A stretch of 64,000 bases of DNA from Camelus dromedarius. Its lineage: Eukaryota. This document shows, in pieces, positions 24,796 through 35,953 of the stretch. A model generated the notes under the pieces. That model was not told the DNA's origin, did not search any database, and saw only the letters and a program-made list of their open reading frames with translations. Where the stretch lies: contig NC_087438.1 in the NCBI RefSeq assembly GCF_036321535.1, positions 5,520,001 through 5,584,000 of the forward strand. The letters are read 5' to 3'. Position 1 is the stretch's first letter. Every line of letters begins with the position of its first letter. A program made the position numbers and the translations under genes.

Positions 24796-25699
24796 GGGTC
24801 GATAGCTCTCTGTGGCTCTGGGATTAACTGGCAGTCCCATTTGGCCTTTACTTTAATACTTTTCTTCTACCTCTGTAGTAGAACCTGCTAGGTATCTGCC
24901 AAAATCCATCCCCTCCTTCCGTGAAGACAGGACAGTAGCCAGGGGCCAGGCTGAACTACATTTCCCAGGCCCCTTTGCTGTTGGATGCTTGCTGCTCTGG
25001 GGAGGGCATCTCAGCGCTGGGTTGCAAGAGAATCGTGTGTGCGTCCTCTCCACTGTCGCCCCTTCCGCTGGCCGGTGCAGACACAGGTGATGTATTTGGG
25101 AATGGCCTGTTACAGGCTGGAAGGGTCCCGGGTCCTGAATCACCGTGGGGAGAGACACTGCACACCAACAGAAGCACGTGCCTGGAACTTCAAGTTTTGC
25201 TAAGTGCTATGTAATGTTTACTACTTATTTATATACATACATTCTGGAAGTTCAGAAGCGATTATGGTCTCATTGCAGTTTGGCCCCGTGTTTGCAGGTG
25301 CTGTTGATCTGAGGTGCTGGCGCACAGAGGAACACACAGGTCACCACGGGGTTCAATACAAACGCCCCTCATTTGAACTACTTTATTGGTTAAAATAAGT
25401 GACAAAAATGCAGTAATTAGGTTATTTCTGCCATCTCAAAATCACTTAAGTTGCTCTGAATTGTTCTGTTTCTGACGTATCATGAACATTTTGGTGAACT
25501 GCCGCACAACTGACTGTCGTGGTGGCAGGAAAGGGCCTTGGCTGGGGGCTATCTTTATGCTGCGCACAGCAATGTCTGCTGTGGCTCTGAGACGAGGGCT
25601 GGGTACTATTGCTGTCATGTAATTAGAACTGGAGAAGTGACGTCTGCAAAACGCGGGCACGAGACATGGCCCTGTGTCTTACTAAGCGCACCGCCGGCG

Positions 25700-26013
25700 C
25701 TGAGCTGTTCTCCTGAGGCTGGAAGTCTGTGGTCAAGGTGTCGACAGGGCTGATTTCTTTTGAGGCTTCCCTCCTCGGCCTGGAGACGGCCATCTTCTCT
25801 CTGTGTCCTCACCCGGCCTCCCCTCTGGGCATGTCTGGGTCCTAATCTCCTCTCTTATATGGACACCAGTTTGGATTGGAGCCCACTCTGTTCACTTCAT
25901 TTTTACTCTTTATCTTTTCAAAGACCTATCTCCAAACACAGTCACATGCCAAGGGACTGGGGGTTAAGAATTCAGCATGTGAATTTTTAGGGGTACACAA
26001 TCCAACCCAAAAT
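25700..26013 (-). mobile_element. MLT1B-like LTR
   Basis: ggccatcttctctctgtgtcctcac, aagacctatctccaaacacagtcacat. Confidence 0.8.
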
Positions 26014-26099
26014 AGGCACCAAAGCTGGAAGCTGCCTGGTGGGTTCTAGAGCAAATGAGACCAGTGCCCTGCGGAGTTGAGAGGAGACAAAGGCTGAGT

Positions 26100-26430
26100 G
26101 GCGAAGTCGGGTCAAATCGGCGCAGATTGGGGCGGGACAGAGGATACTGGTTTCACTCTGAGTGAGAGGGAAGTCCCTGGAGGAGTGACCGGGTCTGACT
26201 TGGGTTTTAAAGTAGTCCTTCCAGTCTGTACACAAAAGACCACAGGGGTTCTGGGAGAGAGCACGGAGACCAGCCAGGGGGCTGCCACAATTTGCTTCCA
26301 CGCTAGACATCCTAGTGCAATCATGCTTGGACCACGAGCCTGCAGTGGATGTGGTGAGAACCGGTCAAATTCCGGGTGTATACTTGCAGTAGAAATGGGT
26401 GTGGGAAGTGTGAGAAAAAAGGAGTAAAGA
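26100..26430 (-). mobile_element. L2 relic
   Basis: ggtttcactctgagtgagagggaagtccctggagg...tctgacttgggttttaaa. Confidence 0.5.
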
Positions 26431-26516
26431 ATGAAGTTCAAATGAGATGGAGAAGGCAGCAGAGGGATCGGTGTGAGCCCAACGGGTGCCCTGAAGACGA
26501 CGTGACAAACACAAAC

Positions 26517-26985
26517 TGTGCCAGTTTCCTGTTGCTGCTAAACAAATTATCGCAGACTGAGTGGCTGTGAACCATTCAATTTACATTACTGTTCTGGAGG
26601 CCGCAAGTCCAGAATCAGTTTCACGGGGCTGCAGTCAAGGTGTCAGCAGGACTGGGTTTCTTTCTGGAGGCCCCAGGGGAGAATCCATTCTTTGCCTTTT
26701 CCAGCAGCTTCTGGAGGCTGCCAGCATCCCTTGGCTTGTGGCCTCTTCCTGCATCCTCAAAGTGCATCGCTCCAGTCTCTGCTTTTGTTATCATGTCTCC
26801 TCCGATTCTGCCTCCCTTGTGATGACACTGGGCTCACCCAGACAATCCACGATCATTCTCTCCACATCAAGATCCTCATCTTAATCACATCTCAAAAGTC
26901 CTTTTCACCGTGTGAGGTTACCTATTGACAGGTTTCGGATACCAGGATGTAGACACCTTGTGGGGGGCATTATTCTGCCTGGCAC
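26517..26985 (-). mobile_element. MLT1D-like solo LTR, near full length
   Basis: ccaggggagaatccattctttgccttttccagc, ttaatcacatct; ends cattattctgcctggcaca. Confidence 0.85.
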
Positions 26986-27859
26986 ACACATAAAATCCTT
27001 AGAACAGTACCTGACATGTGCTAAATACTCACGTATCACATGTTGTTACTTCCTCCTTTTTATTAAAATGCAGAGGTTTCTGTTCTCTTCAACAGAGCCA
27101 GCAAGATTTCGGCAAGCCTGCCAGGGGAGTGATTTCACATTCTCTGTTTTTCTGTGACATACTTGTCTGTTCTTCCTGTAACTTAGTATCACATACTTTA
27201 GGTTAATATTTAAATATGTAATCTCAACATCATACATCTGACTCTGTTGCTTTCAAGATTTATATTAAGCTATAAATACCGCCTCTACAAAACCACAGTA
27301 TTCCAAAAACCTGTTAAAACATTTATGCCATTATATCTAATCATGTAGTTTTTACTTTTCCCCAGTGGTGAGAAGTGTTTTTGGATGTCTGAACTGAAAT
27401 GCATTTAAATCAAGAAGTCAATTATAAATGTTTGATAAAAACAATATGTGGCTGAAACAGTTGCTTGTCCATTTCAACTTGTAAGCCTTTTTAAGACATA
27501 GTAGCCACAATCCAGACTTTGTCTGCATTTAGCTAAACCAGAACTTCTCAGTGTGGTTTTTACAAATCATTGTTTTCTTGGTTTTACAGCCTTTTTTTTT
27601 TTTGCCAACAAATGCATGCTATATGAATTATAATTTTAACTGAAGAATGAATTTTCCTATAATTATCTTCTCTTGCAACATTTGGGATAAATTTAGTTGC
27701 TCTGTGATAAATGTTGAATCTTCAAAATGGGCCATTTTGTTTTCCATTTCCTAAGGTTTGTAAATTTATTAAATGACTATTTCTTTTGGTCCTTTCTGAC
27801 AATAAAGATAAATCTCTGCAATAAAGACACACATGTGTGCTGGCCAATACATTTTGGCA

Positions 27860-28370
27860 AAGGATGAGTTGTGGCAGCATTTTACCAGGTGGATGGAGTC
27901 AGAGGCTGCTCCCTCATGGACCTCCTTCACTCCTACTCACCTGGCTGATGGGTCAACATCTCGATGGCCTGACTGTCCTTCACCTGGCCACTCTTCAGGA
28001 TTGCTGTGTTTCCTTGGCTTGTGAGTCTGAAAAATGATATAACACAGCAAAGAATGCCATGTGGTCCTTGCTGCAACCACTCTCCCTCTGATTTGGTGGA
28101 GCCAGGAACAGGCTTGCTTCCTGTGTTCAGTAGAAGTGACAGATTCTCTAAGCTCAGCATTCTTCTTCCTGGTTATGCACCATCGTTCTCCCCCTGGACT
28201 TTGGCATCATCCCGTGGGACCTGGGCTTCAAGGAGCCAGCAGGGCTGTGATCATATTCCTGCCACTGCTTTTACTGTGAGTGGTAAAGTTCTTTGTCTCT
28301 GAACTTGGAATTTTGTGTCTTCTGTAGGCGCCCGCAGAATGTGGTGGACTAATTTATTAATGTGTCTTCA
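27860..28370 (+). mobile_element. MER74-like ERVL LTR
   Basis: ctgcttttactgtgagtggtaaagttctttgtctctga...gtgtcttctg resembles the MER74/MER73 3' part. Confidence 0.55.
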
Positions 28371-29709
28371 TTTGGGTGGGAGTTCTCCTCTACACTGCCA
28401 GACTGTCAAGGTAGGCTAAGGTCCTCACAGAGGACTTGTCCTGACAGGCTGCTCATCAAAACCTTCCTCTGCAATGGGTCGCTTGTCAAGGCGGCTTGGG
28501 CTGCAGGTGCTGGTCATCACCCAGGTGGTTCAGATTCATCTAGTGGCTGGAAGTGGCTTAAGAGGAGAAGTATGAAGCCCCTAACAGGACTACAAAGAAA
28601 CCCCCTTACTCAGTCTCTGTCACTTAAAAAAAAAAAATGGGGGGCTTGGCCCTAAGCATAGGCTTTGTGATTAAGAGGGTCAATAACCTCCCCATGCCCG
28701 CTTCCATGTCACAGCCACATGGCGCTGCTAACCAGGTGCCTGCCTGACAGCAGGCCGGTGGCTTCTTGCTCTGCCAGGGCCACGTGGCTGGCAAGGGGCA
28801 GGGCTGGAACTGGCCGAACTCTCAGCCACGAGGCCAACAGCCTCTCTCATCACAGTGAGGTGGTGAATGATGCATAAAAACACAAGAAGCAGCCAAAAAC
28901 CGAATTCGTCTGGTTCATTTAAAAATAATTTATGTTTTAACAAAAAATAATAAAAGAGATGAGGATTAATAATTTTGATCAGAGAATTTTACTTTGTGCT
29001 TCATAAATATATACTTCTAAATTCAAAAAGTATGTCTTCTTCAAATCTGCTATGTTTACTAAAAAGTGTCCATTCAAATTGTCAAAGAGAGAGAAAATGA
29101 ATTAATTTGTCCAGTCCTTTATTGGGGGAAAGATAAGGGGTGAAAACATCAAGGAGTCGAGAGAGAGGTGCTAAGTTTCTGTGGTCACTGCGACGGAGAG
29201 TGTTGAATTTGACTCGCTGGCTTCTGGAAACCTCGTGTCTAGTTAGTGAGAGAACAGACACGTGTGGTTAAGTGACACAGCGGGCGTGGGTGTGGACCAG
29301 GACAGCGAGGAGGGAGAGCGGGGCACCCAGGGAGGCTCAGCGGCCAGGCAGGCCCCATGTGGCTGCAGCAGTGGGGGAGCCAAGATGGGCGTTAAACCTG
29401 TGAGGTAGGGAGAGCAGCGAGGACAGAGGCGCAGATGGGGACAGTAATGCATGGGGATGGGGAGATGGTACCCTGATGGGTCTGGAAAGTGAACAACTCA
29501 TTAGGAGAGAATTTGAAGGTGACACCTGAAGGTTGGACTGAAGCCAAGCTGAGCAGGACCTTGAGTATTAGACTGAGGACACAGTCGTTGCCAAAGGATT
29601 GTGAGGGGAGAGAAAGAAAGAAGGTAGGGAAGATAGGAGGAAACTGCAGGAAACTGTGTACCGACTGTAAGCCGCTACAGTTCTGAGTATTAAAAATGCC
29701 ATCCGATCC

Positions 29710-30265
29710 AACTCCCACAGATCCTGGGAGGGGTAGTTTTGTCTCCCTTTCACAGAGAAACTGAGACTCAAATATTCAAATAGGTGACGTCCTTGCTAAT
29801 TGGTAGTAGCCAACCTTTTTGCTTGAGTTTTCACACTGCTGGAGGTAGGCAGGTCCAAATTTCAAAGCAGACCCATCCAGCCCCAAAATGTGGGCTTCTG
29901 CCATTGTACTGTTCAGTGACAAAGTGATCTGATTTCAGCCCCTCAGGCATTAAAGCTCAGGTGGATTAGAGTGGGAGAGATGGAAAGAAGATACACGTTA
30001 ATAATGATATTAATGATAATAATAATGATGATGATATTAATAGCTACCGTCTGTGGTTCACACAGGTGTGCCAGCTACTAGCGACCTCTAGAGTCTCTCA
30101 TCCGCCCAGTGATGTACAAGTTAAGTAAGACTATACGCACTTTAAAGAAACGAGAGTCAAAGAGGTTAAGAAACTTGCGAGGAATGATGAAATTATCAAG
30201 GCAAAGCTTGAAATTTGAACTGGGATCTGGCTGGCTCCAGAGCCGTCACATTCAACTCTTCACTG
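29710..30265 (-). mobile_element. Two MIR relics (about 29710-29900 and 30040-30265)
   Basis: cagagaaactgagactca; agaggttaagaaacttgc...atttgaactgggatctggctggctccagagcc. Confidence 0.5.
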
Positions 30266-31169
30266 CGTTCTGGGCACCACTGAAATATCCAGATGAGACG
30301 GTACAAAAGCAGGGTCCCAGGAGAAGTGGGGGAACACAGAAGCCATCATCTCACCCAGCTGGGCGCACTGGGGTCAGGCTCACCTTGCCTTGGTTCTCCT
30401 TGGACTCAGCAGTGAGACCTCTTTTTATCTCTCTTCACTCCCTTTGTAGTTTGGGGGATTGTACTGAAATCCCAACAACGTGTGTTAGTGAGTCTCTGAT
30501 GGTAGGAGGAAGGTAGGAATCCCGTGTCTGAGGAAACCACAGTTCCGGTTACTAGCAGAGGAAATCCATGACGGCCATCTTAATCAAAGACGGAACCCTC
30601 TCAGGAGCTCAGAGAAAAAAACTGGAGGACAGAGTTTGAGACCCGGACAGGCATCAAGGTGAAGGGAGCAGCAGTGAGCCTACCAGAGGTCATGCCATGG
30701 GCAGAGTTTCCTCTGCACAGCATCACCACTGCCTCCAGGAGTAATGCGATTGCCAAGTGACCCACCTCTGGGAGACACTTGTTCAGGATATAAAGCCCAG
30801 GGAGAGAACATTTGATTGGCTGTACCTGAGTCAATTTCTTCAAACAGGTGCATAAAACACCTGTATAACACGGTGCTCCTTTCATAGATGTAGAAATTTC
30901 ACCAGTGACTTTGCGGAGATGTGTACTGGTGGGATAAGTTCCTTGAGACCATGATCAGGCCAGAATCAACGTATCGTGAAGTCTGATTATAAGTGTGTTC
31001 ATCTAGGCATTCTGCTGCCGTGCAGTTTGAAAGAGGGCCATGTGCATACTTCATTTCCTCTTGCTTCTGTAGTGGAGTTCCCGTGGCTGGCTTCCAAATG
31101 GAATGTATTTTAAATCACAGCCACTGGCTGACTGTTAACAGTGACTTCAGGAAGTTACTGAAGACAGAC

Positions 31170-33575
31170 TATTCTACCATTAATTCAGTCATCTGAAGAC
31201 ATACTTCCTCGTAATGAATCAGATCAAGCTGGAAGCATGATAAATTTAATTATAAGTGACTTTGTGTGGGTGCTGCCATTTTTTTAACACATTCACTGAA
31301 TCTTACGGAATAATTTTTCTTACCTGCTTGAGCATTAAAACTGAGGCAGGGCCAAAACAAAGTCAGGGAAAATAATAAATTTGCTGGTAATTAAAAGGCA
31401 AGCTGGCCTCTGGACCAGCAGTTCTCCTATTTTTTTTTTTTTTAATATTTTTTATTGATTTATAATCATTTTACAATGTTGTGTCAAATTCCAGTGTAGA
31501 GCACAATTTTTCAGTTATACATGAACATATATATATTCATTGTCACATTTTTTTCCTCTGTGAGCTACCATAAGATCTTGTATTTATTTCCCTGTGTTAT
31601 ACGGTATAATATTGTTTATCTATTCTACAATTTTGAAATCCCAGTCTATCCCTTCCTACCCCCTGCCCCCTTGGCAACCACAAGTTTGTATTCTATGTCT
31701 ATGAGACTATTTCTGTTTTGTATTTATGCTTTTTTTTTTTAATTCCACATATAAGCAACCTCACATGGTATTTTTCTTTCTCTTTCTGGCTTACTTCACT
31801 TAGAATGACATTCTCCAGGAGCATCCATGTTGCTGCAAATGGCATTATGTTGTCGGTTTTTATGGCTGAGTAGTATTCCATTGTATAAATATACCACATC
31901 TTCTTTATCCAGTCATCCGTTGATGGACATTTAGGAGTTACCATATGACCCATGAATCCCGCTCCTGGGCTTACATCCAGAAGGAGCCCTACTTCAGGAT
32001 GACACCTGCACCCCAATGTTCATAGCAGCACTATTTACAATAGCCAAGACATGGAAACAACCTAAATGTCCATCAACAGACGACTGGATAAAGTTCTCCT
32101 ATTTAGAGTAAAACTTCCCAGGTGTAGTCCACTGGGTTCTTCTTTTTATGAGTGTGCACATAATTAGATACAACCTGATTCTCTCAGCTTTGAGGGCCTG
32201 TGACTATGTGATGGTGTTACCAGCAGTTGGAAGGACAAATCCACCTCTTAGGAAGTGGAAAAGTCCTGACACGCCCTTGAGGGCCAAGGAGCTGCTGGAC
32301 TTGGTGCTGATGGGTCCAGTAGCTCAGCAAAGTTACAGGGGACCAGATTTCTGTCTCTTCAGTCCCTTGTCCACAATCCAGCTCCTGCCAGGGATGGTTC
32401 CCTGAAGGTGGAGGGAGAGGACCTGGGGCTCCAGTGTCCCTAATTCATACCTGGGGATGGAGAGGGCTGCTCCTGGGCATGCCTCAGGAAAGCAACAGGA
32501 AATTTCTCTGAAGCTGGTGGCAAACCTCTCCTTATATTTCATTGGTTCAGACAGTGTCATGTTTCCCCTCCATATCCAAGCGGTGGCAATGGAGGGGGGC
32601 TGAGTTTGATTGACTTAGATTATTCAAGGGGCCTACCTGCAGTTAGGAGTGAGTTAATGAGTTAATATTTAAAGTAATGTTCTGAAGTACTGTGTCGGTG
32701 CCTAGACTATAGTTAGGAATAGTCTAGCATTAATTCCTCCTCATAATAAATCAGACCAAGCTGGAAACATGAAAATTCAATTATTACTGACTTTGTGTGG
32801 ATGTTGCTGTTCTTTTACACATTCACCCAGTCACATGGAATAAAATTTCTAATTTGCATGAGTGTTAAGAAAGAGGAAGCACAGAAAACACAGCCCAGAA
32901 AAGAAAAATAACAAACTTGTCTATAATTAAAAGGCAAGCTTGTCTTTGGGACCATGTCTCCTATTTAGAAAAACTTCCCAGACTCAGTCCACTGGATGGT
33001 TCTCTTTATCAATAATGTACATTGTCCACTTAATTGTAAACAACCCGATTCTTTCTTTGGTGAATTATTTGAAGTGTTTTCAGTCACATGAGACTACCCA
33101 TATCTGCCCTGATCAGCAAGAAAGAGCCCGGGACTCTCACCCTGGAGACCCAAGGTCCCATTGCTTCCGCGTTGATGGGCTCCATTGCTCAGGTGAGTCA
33201 TGTGGGCCTCAGGTTTAATGTCCCCCTCCCAGCCTTCCTGGTCTACAGCCCAACTCTTTCTAGGGCTGGTTTCCTGAGCGCGGGGGCTGCTAGGACTTCG
33301 GACGCCAGGATTTCTCCTTCACACTTGGAAATGGGGAGGATAGTTCTGCACACTCTCCTGGGAGTTTCCTCTGGAGCCAGTGGCAGACCTCTTTTATTCT
33401 CCCTTGGCCAGAACTGTGCCATCTCTATTCTGGGACCAACCACAGGAAATAGAATTAACTTCAACAGAAGAAAAGAAAGGGTTTGAATCTGGATTGCTTG
33501 GTTAACTAGGAGCCACACTTGTCATTAGGGATGTTATTGAGTTAATATTTAGAATAATATTTTGAAGCACACTGA
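31170..33575. repeat. Ancient tandem duplication, two units of ~870 bp (A ~31170-32695 including an L1; B ~32720-33575)
   Basis: Colinear anchors in both units: tcagatcaagctggaa/tcagaccaagctggaa, tgactttgtgtgg, taattaaaaggcaagct, aaaacttcccag, agtccactgg, gagttaatattta. Confidence 0.85.
31433..32093 (-). mobile_element. Young lineage L1 with a 5' inversion (31433-31935 minus, 31936-32093 plus) and a 13-bp TSD
   Basis: Poly-T tail; ORF2p C-terminus KCPSTDDWIKKMWYIYTMEYYSAIK. TSD agttctcctattt at 31420-31432 and 32092-32104. Confidence 0.95.
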
Positions 33576-33594
33576 ACCAATATACTAAATGAGA

Positions 33595-33658
33595 AGAGGA
33601 AAGAAGGATGGAAGGAAGGAAGGGAGGAAGGGAGGAAGGAAGAAAAGAAGGAAGTGAA
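33595..33658. repeat. (GGAA)n-like purine tract
   Basis: Read directly from the sequence. Confidence 0.85.
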
Positions 33659-34169
33659 GTCAGCTTCTTATAAAACCACCTGGGCTGCCTGGGGAGCATT
33701 ATTCTCAATACAATTAGGATATGTCAAGGAGGAACAATAAAGAGACACTGGTAAATAAAAATTAAAAAGTAAATGTATGTATCTACCTATATGTTTATTT
33801 CTATCTCTGTGTGTGACAGAGTGTGTTAATTAAAAAAATAATACTAGGTACTCTTTAGTTGCTTTATTTTTTTTGTTTTTGGTGGTGTGGGAGCTTCACA
33901 AGGAAAGAATAAAGCATTACCATCCCCAACTCTTATATGAGTATATGAGAACTAAAGGCCTTCTCTCTATTTCTTAAAGTCTGAAGTACTTGTACTGCTT
34001 TCCAAGAGGGGGAGGAAGAGGTGACAGTTTTTTGCTTCAGGCTCATTAAGGAGCATGATTATGTATTTTTCCAGAGCTGAGACTAGTGAGCTGAGGCAGC
34101 AGACCTGGCCTGCAGCATCGGGTGGAGGACGCTGGTGGGTCTGGGAAGCCTGGAACATGCATCCGTTAG

Positions 34170-34860
34170 TAGATAGGGGGCTACTCAGATTTTCAATTTT
34201 TTCTTGTGTCAGCTTTGTCCTGAGGAATGTGTCCACTTTATCTAGATTGCCAAGTTTATTGACATAACATTGTTCACATTATTTCCTTACCTCTCTCCTA
34301 ATATTTGGAGACTATGTAGTGATGCCCAATCTTTTATCCTTGATATTGGTAAGTTGTGTCTCTTTCTTTTATTTTATTGATCATTCTAGTTAGAAATGCA
34401 TCAATTTTATTGATCTTCTTAAAGATCCAGCTTTGCTTTCCTTAATTTTCTATTGTCCATTTTATATTTTGTTTAATTAAGAACTTATTTTTATTTTTTC
34501 CTACTTTCTACATTCTTTGCAGTTAATCTGCTCTTTTTTCTAGATTCTTATGGTAGATAATTAATTTTAGATCTTTTACCATTTTTAATTTAAGCTAATT
34601 CTATACAAATTCCTGAAGCAATTGCTTTAGCTATATCCCGCAAATGTTGGTGTGTTATATTTTCATTTTCGTTCAGTTCACATCTTTTAATTTTGTGGGA
34701 TTTAGCTTTGATCTGTGGATTGTTTCAAAGTGTGTTGTTGAATTCCCAAGTATTTGGGGTATTTTTCAGACATTGGTCTTATATTTAATTGAGTTTTGTT
34801 GCTGTTATATGACATACTCTGTACTGTTTCATCACTTTTAAAGCTATTGCAACTTGTGTG
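34170..34860 (-). mobile_element. Old L1M ORF2 fragment
   Basis: T-rich. The minus-strand translation begins DTFLRTKLTQEKIENLSSP, which is ORF2p-like; also tcaattttattgatctt. Confidence 0.7.
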
Positions 34861-35365
34861 TAGAATTCTGTGACCTGCAGAGCAGGGATAAGCCAACAAC
34901 AGGCAAACAAATGAGATATCTATAGAATGATGCTGTGTTATAAATGATTATGCGCCTTATTTGATAGCATTTGGGATTTATCTCATGTCAAGAGAAGATT
35001 TGGAAAGATTTTAAATAGAGAATAACATGAGCAAATCTATAAAATTTTTAAATTAAATGAAAAATAAAAATAAAAAGAACAGTTGTAGTTAGTGCAAAAT
35101 TTTGAGAACAAGATTGTTTTGAAAATTTGTAACAGTAATCATCATAACATATTAATAAAATGATATACAATAATCTTTAGATTGAAAAAGAGAAAGAAAA
35201 CAAAACAAAATCTCCAGATTCCTTAAACACACAGGAGTTAGAGGCATCCACAGAAAACAAATTCTTCTCTTTGAAAATTAATAGTAAAATAAGCCCAGCA
35301 TTTAAGATGAAAAGTGTTATGTCAAAATGAATTAAAAATCAAATGATACCTACCTAATAGCCTCA

Positions 35366-35953
35366 TGTCATAGGCAGGGTGTTACTGCCCCCCTCCCCCT
35401 ACATTTCCAGGTGCTGATCCCTGGAGATATCGTGCTCATAAATGTGTCACCTGGCAAAGGGATTTTGCATGTGTAATTAAGGTTTCTAATCAGTTGACCT
35501 TAACGTAGGGAAATTATCCTGAACTACTGGTCGAGCTAGAAGGTCATGACATAGGTGCTTAAAGGGAGAAGAGAAGGGTAGACGTGAAGCCAGGAATTCC
35601 ATGCCCTCAGAGGATTTGACTGCTGCCACCGACTTTGAACATGGATGGGGCCGTACGCCAAGGAGAGTGGGTGATCTCTAGCATGGAAAAAACCAAGCCC
35701 TCAGGCCACAGCAACAAGGAATGGGGGACCTCAGTCCCACAGCCACACAGAACTGGTGAGCACGGATGTGGACTCTCTCCCAGAGCTCCAGGTGAGAACC
35801 TAGCTGGCTTGCACCTGGATTTTTGCCTGGTGACTCTGGTGACCCTTGAGACATCTGGACTTCTGACCTGCAGAAATGTGAGACAGTAAATAGGTGCGGT
35901 TTAAGCCATCATTTTTGTGGTAAATGCTTGTGCAATCATAGAAAACTAACACA
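35366..35953 (+). mobile_element. MLT1E-like solo LTR
   Basis: ggcaaagggattttgcatgtgtaattaaggtttctaatcagttgacctt...gacttctgacctgcagaaatgtgaga...aaaactaacaca. Confidence 0.8.

Noticed and set aside
24355..24840. 161-aa ORF, the longest in the track
   Set aside because: It lies almost entirely within a solo LTR and has no recognisable domain.
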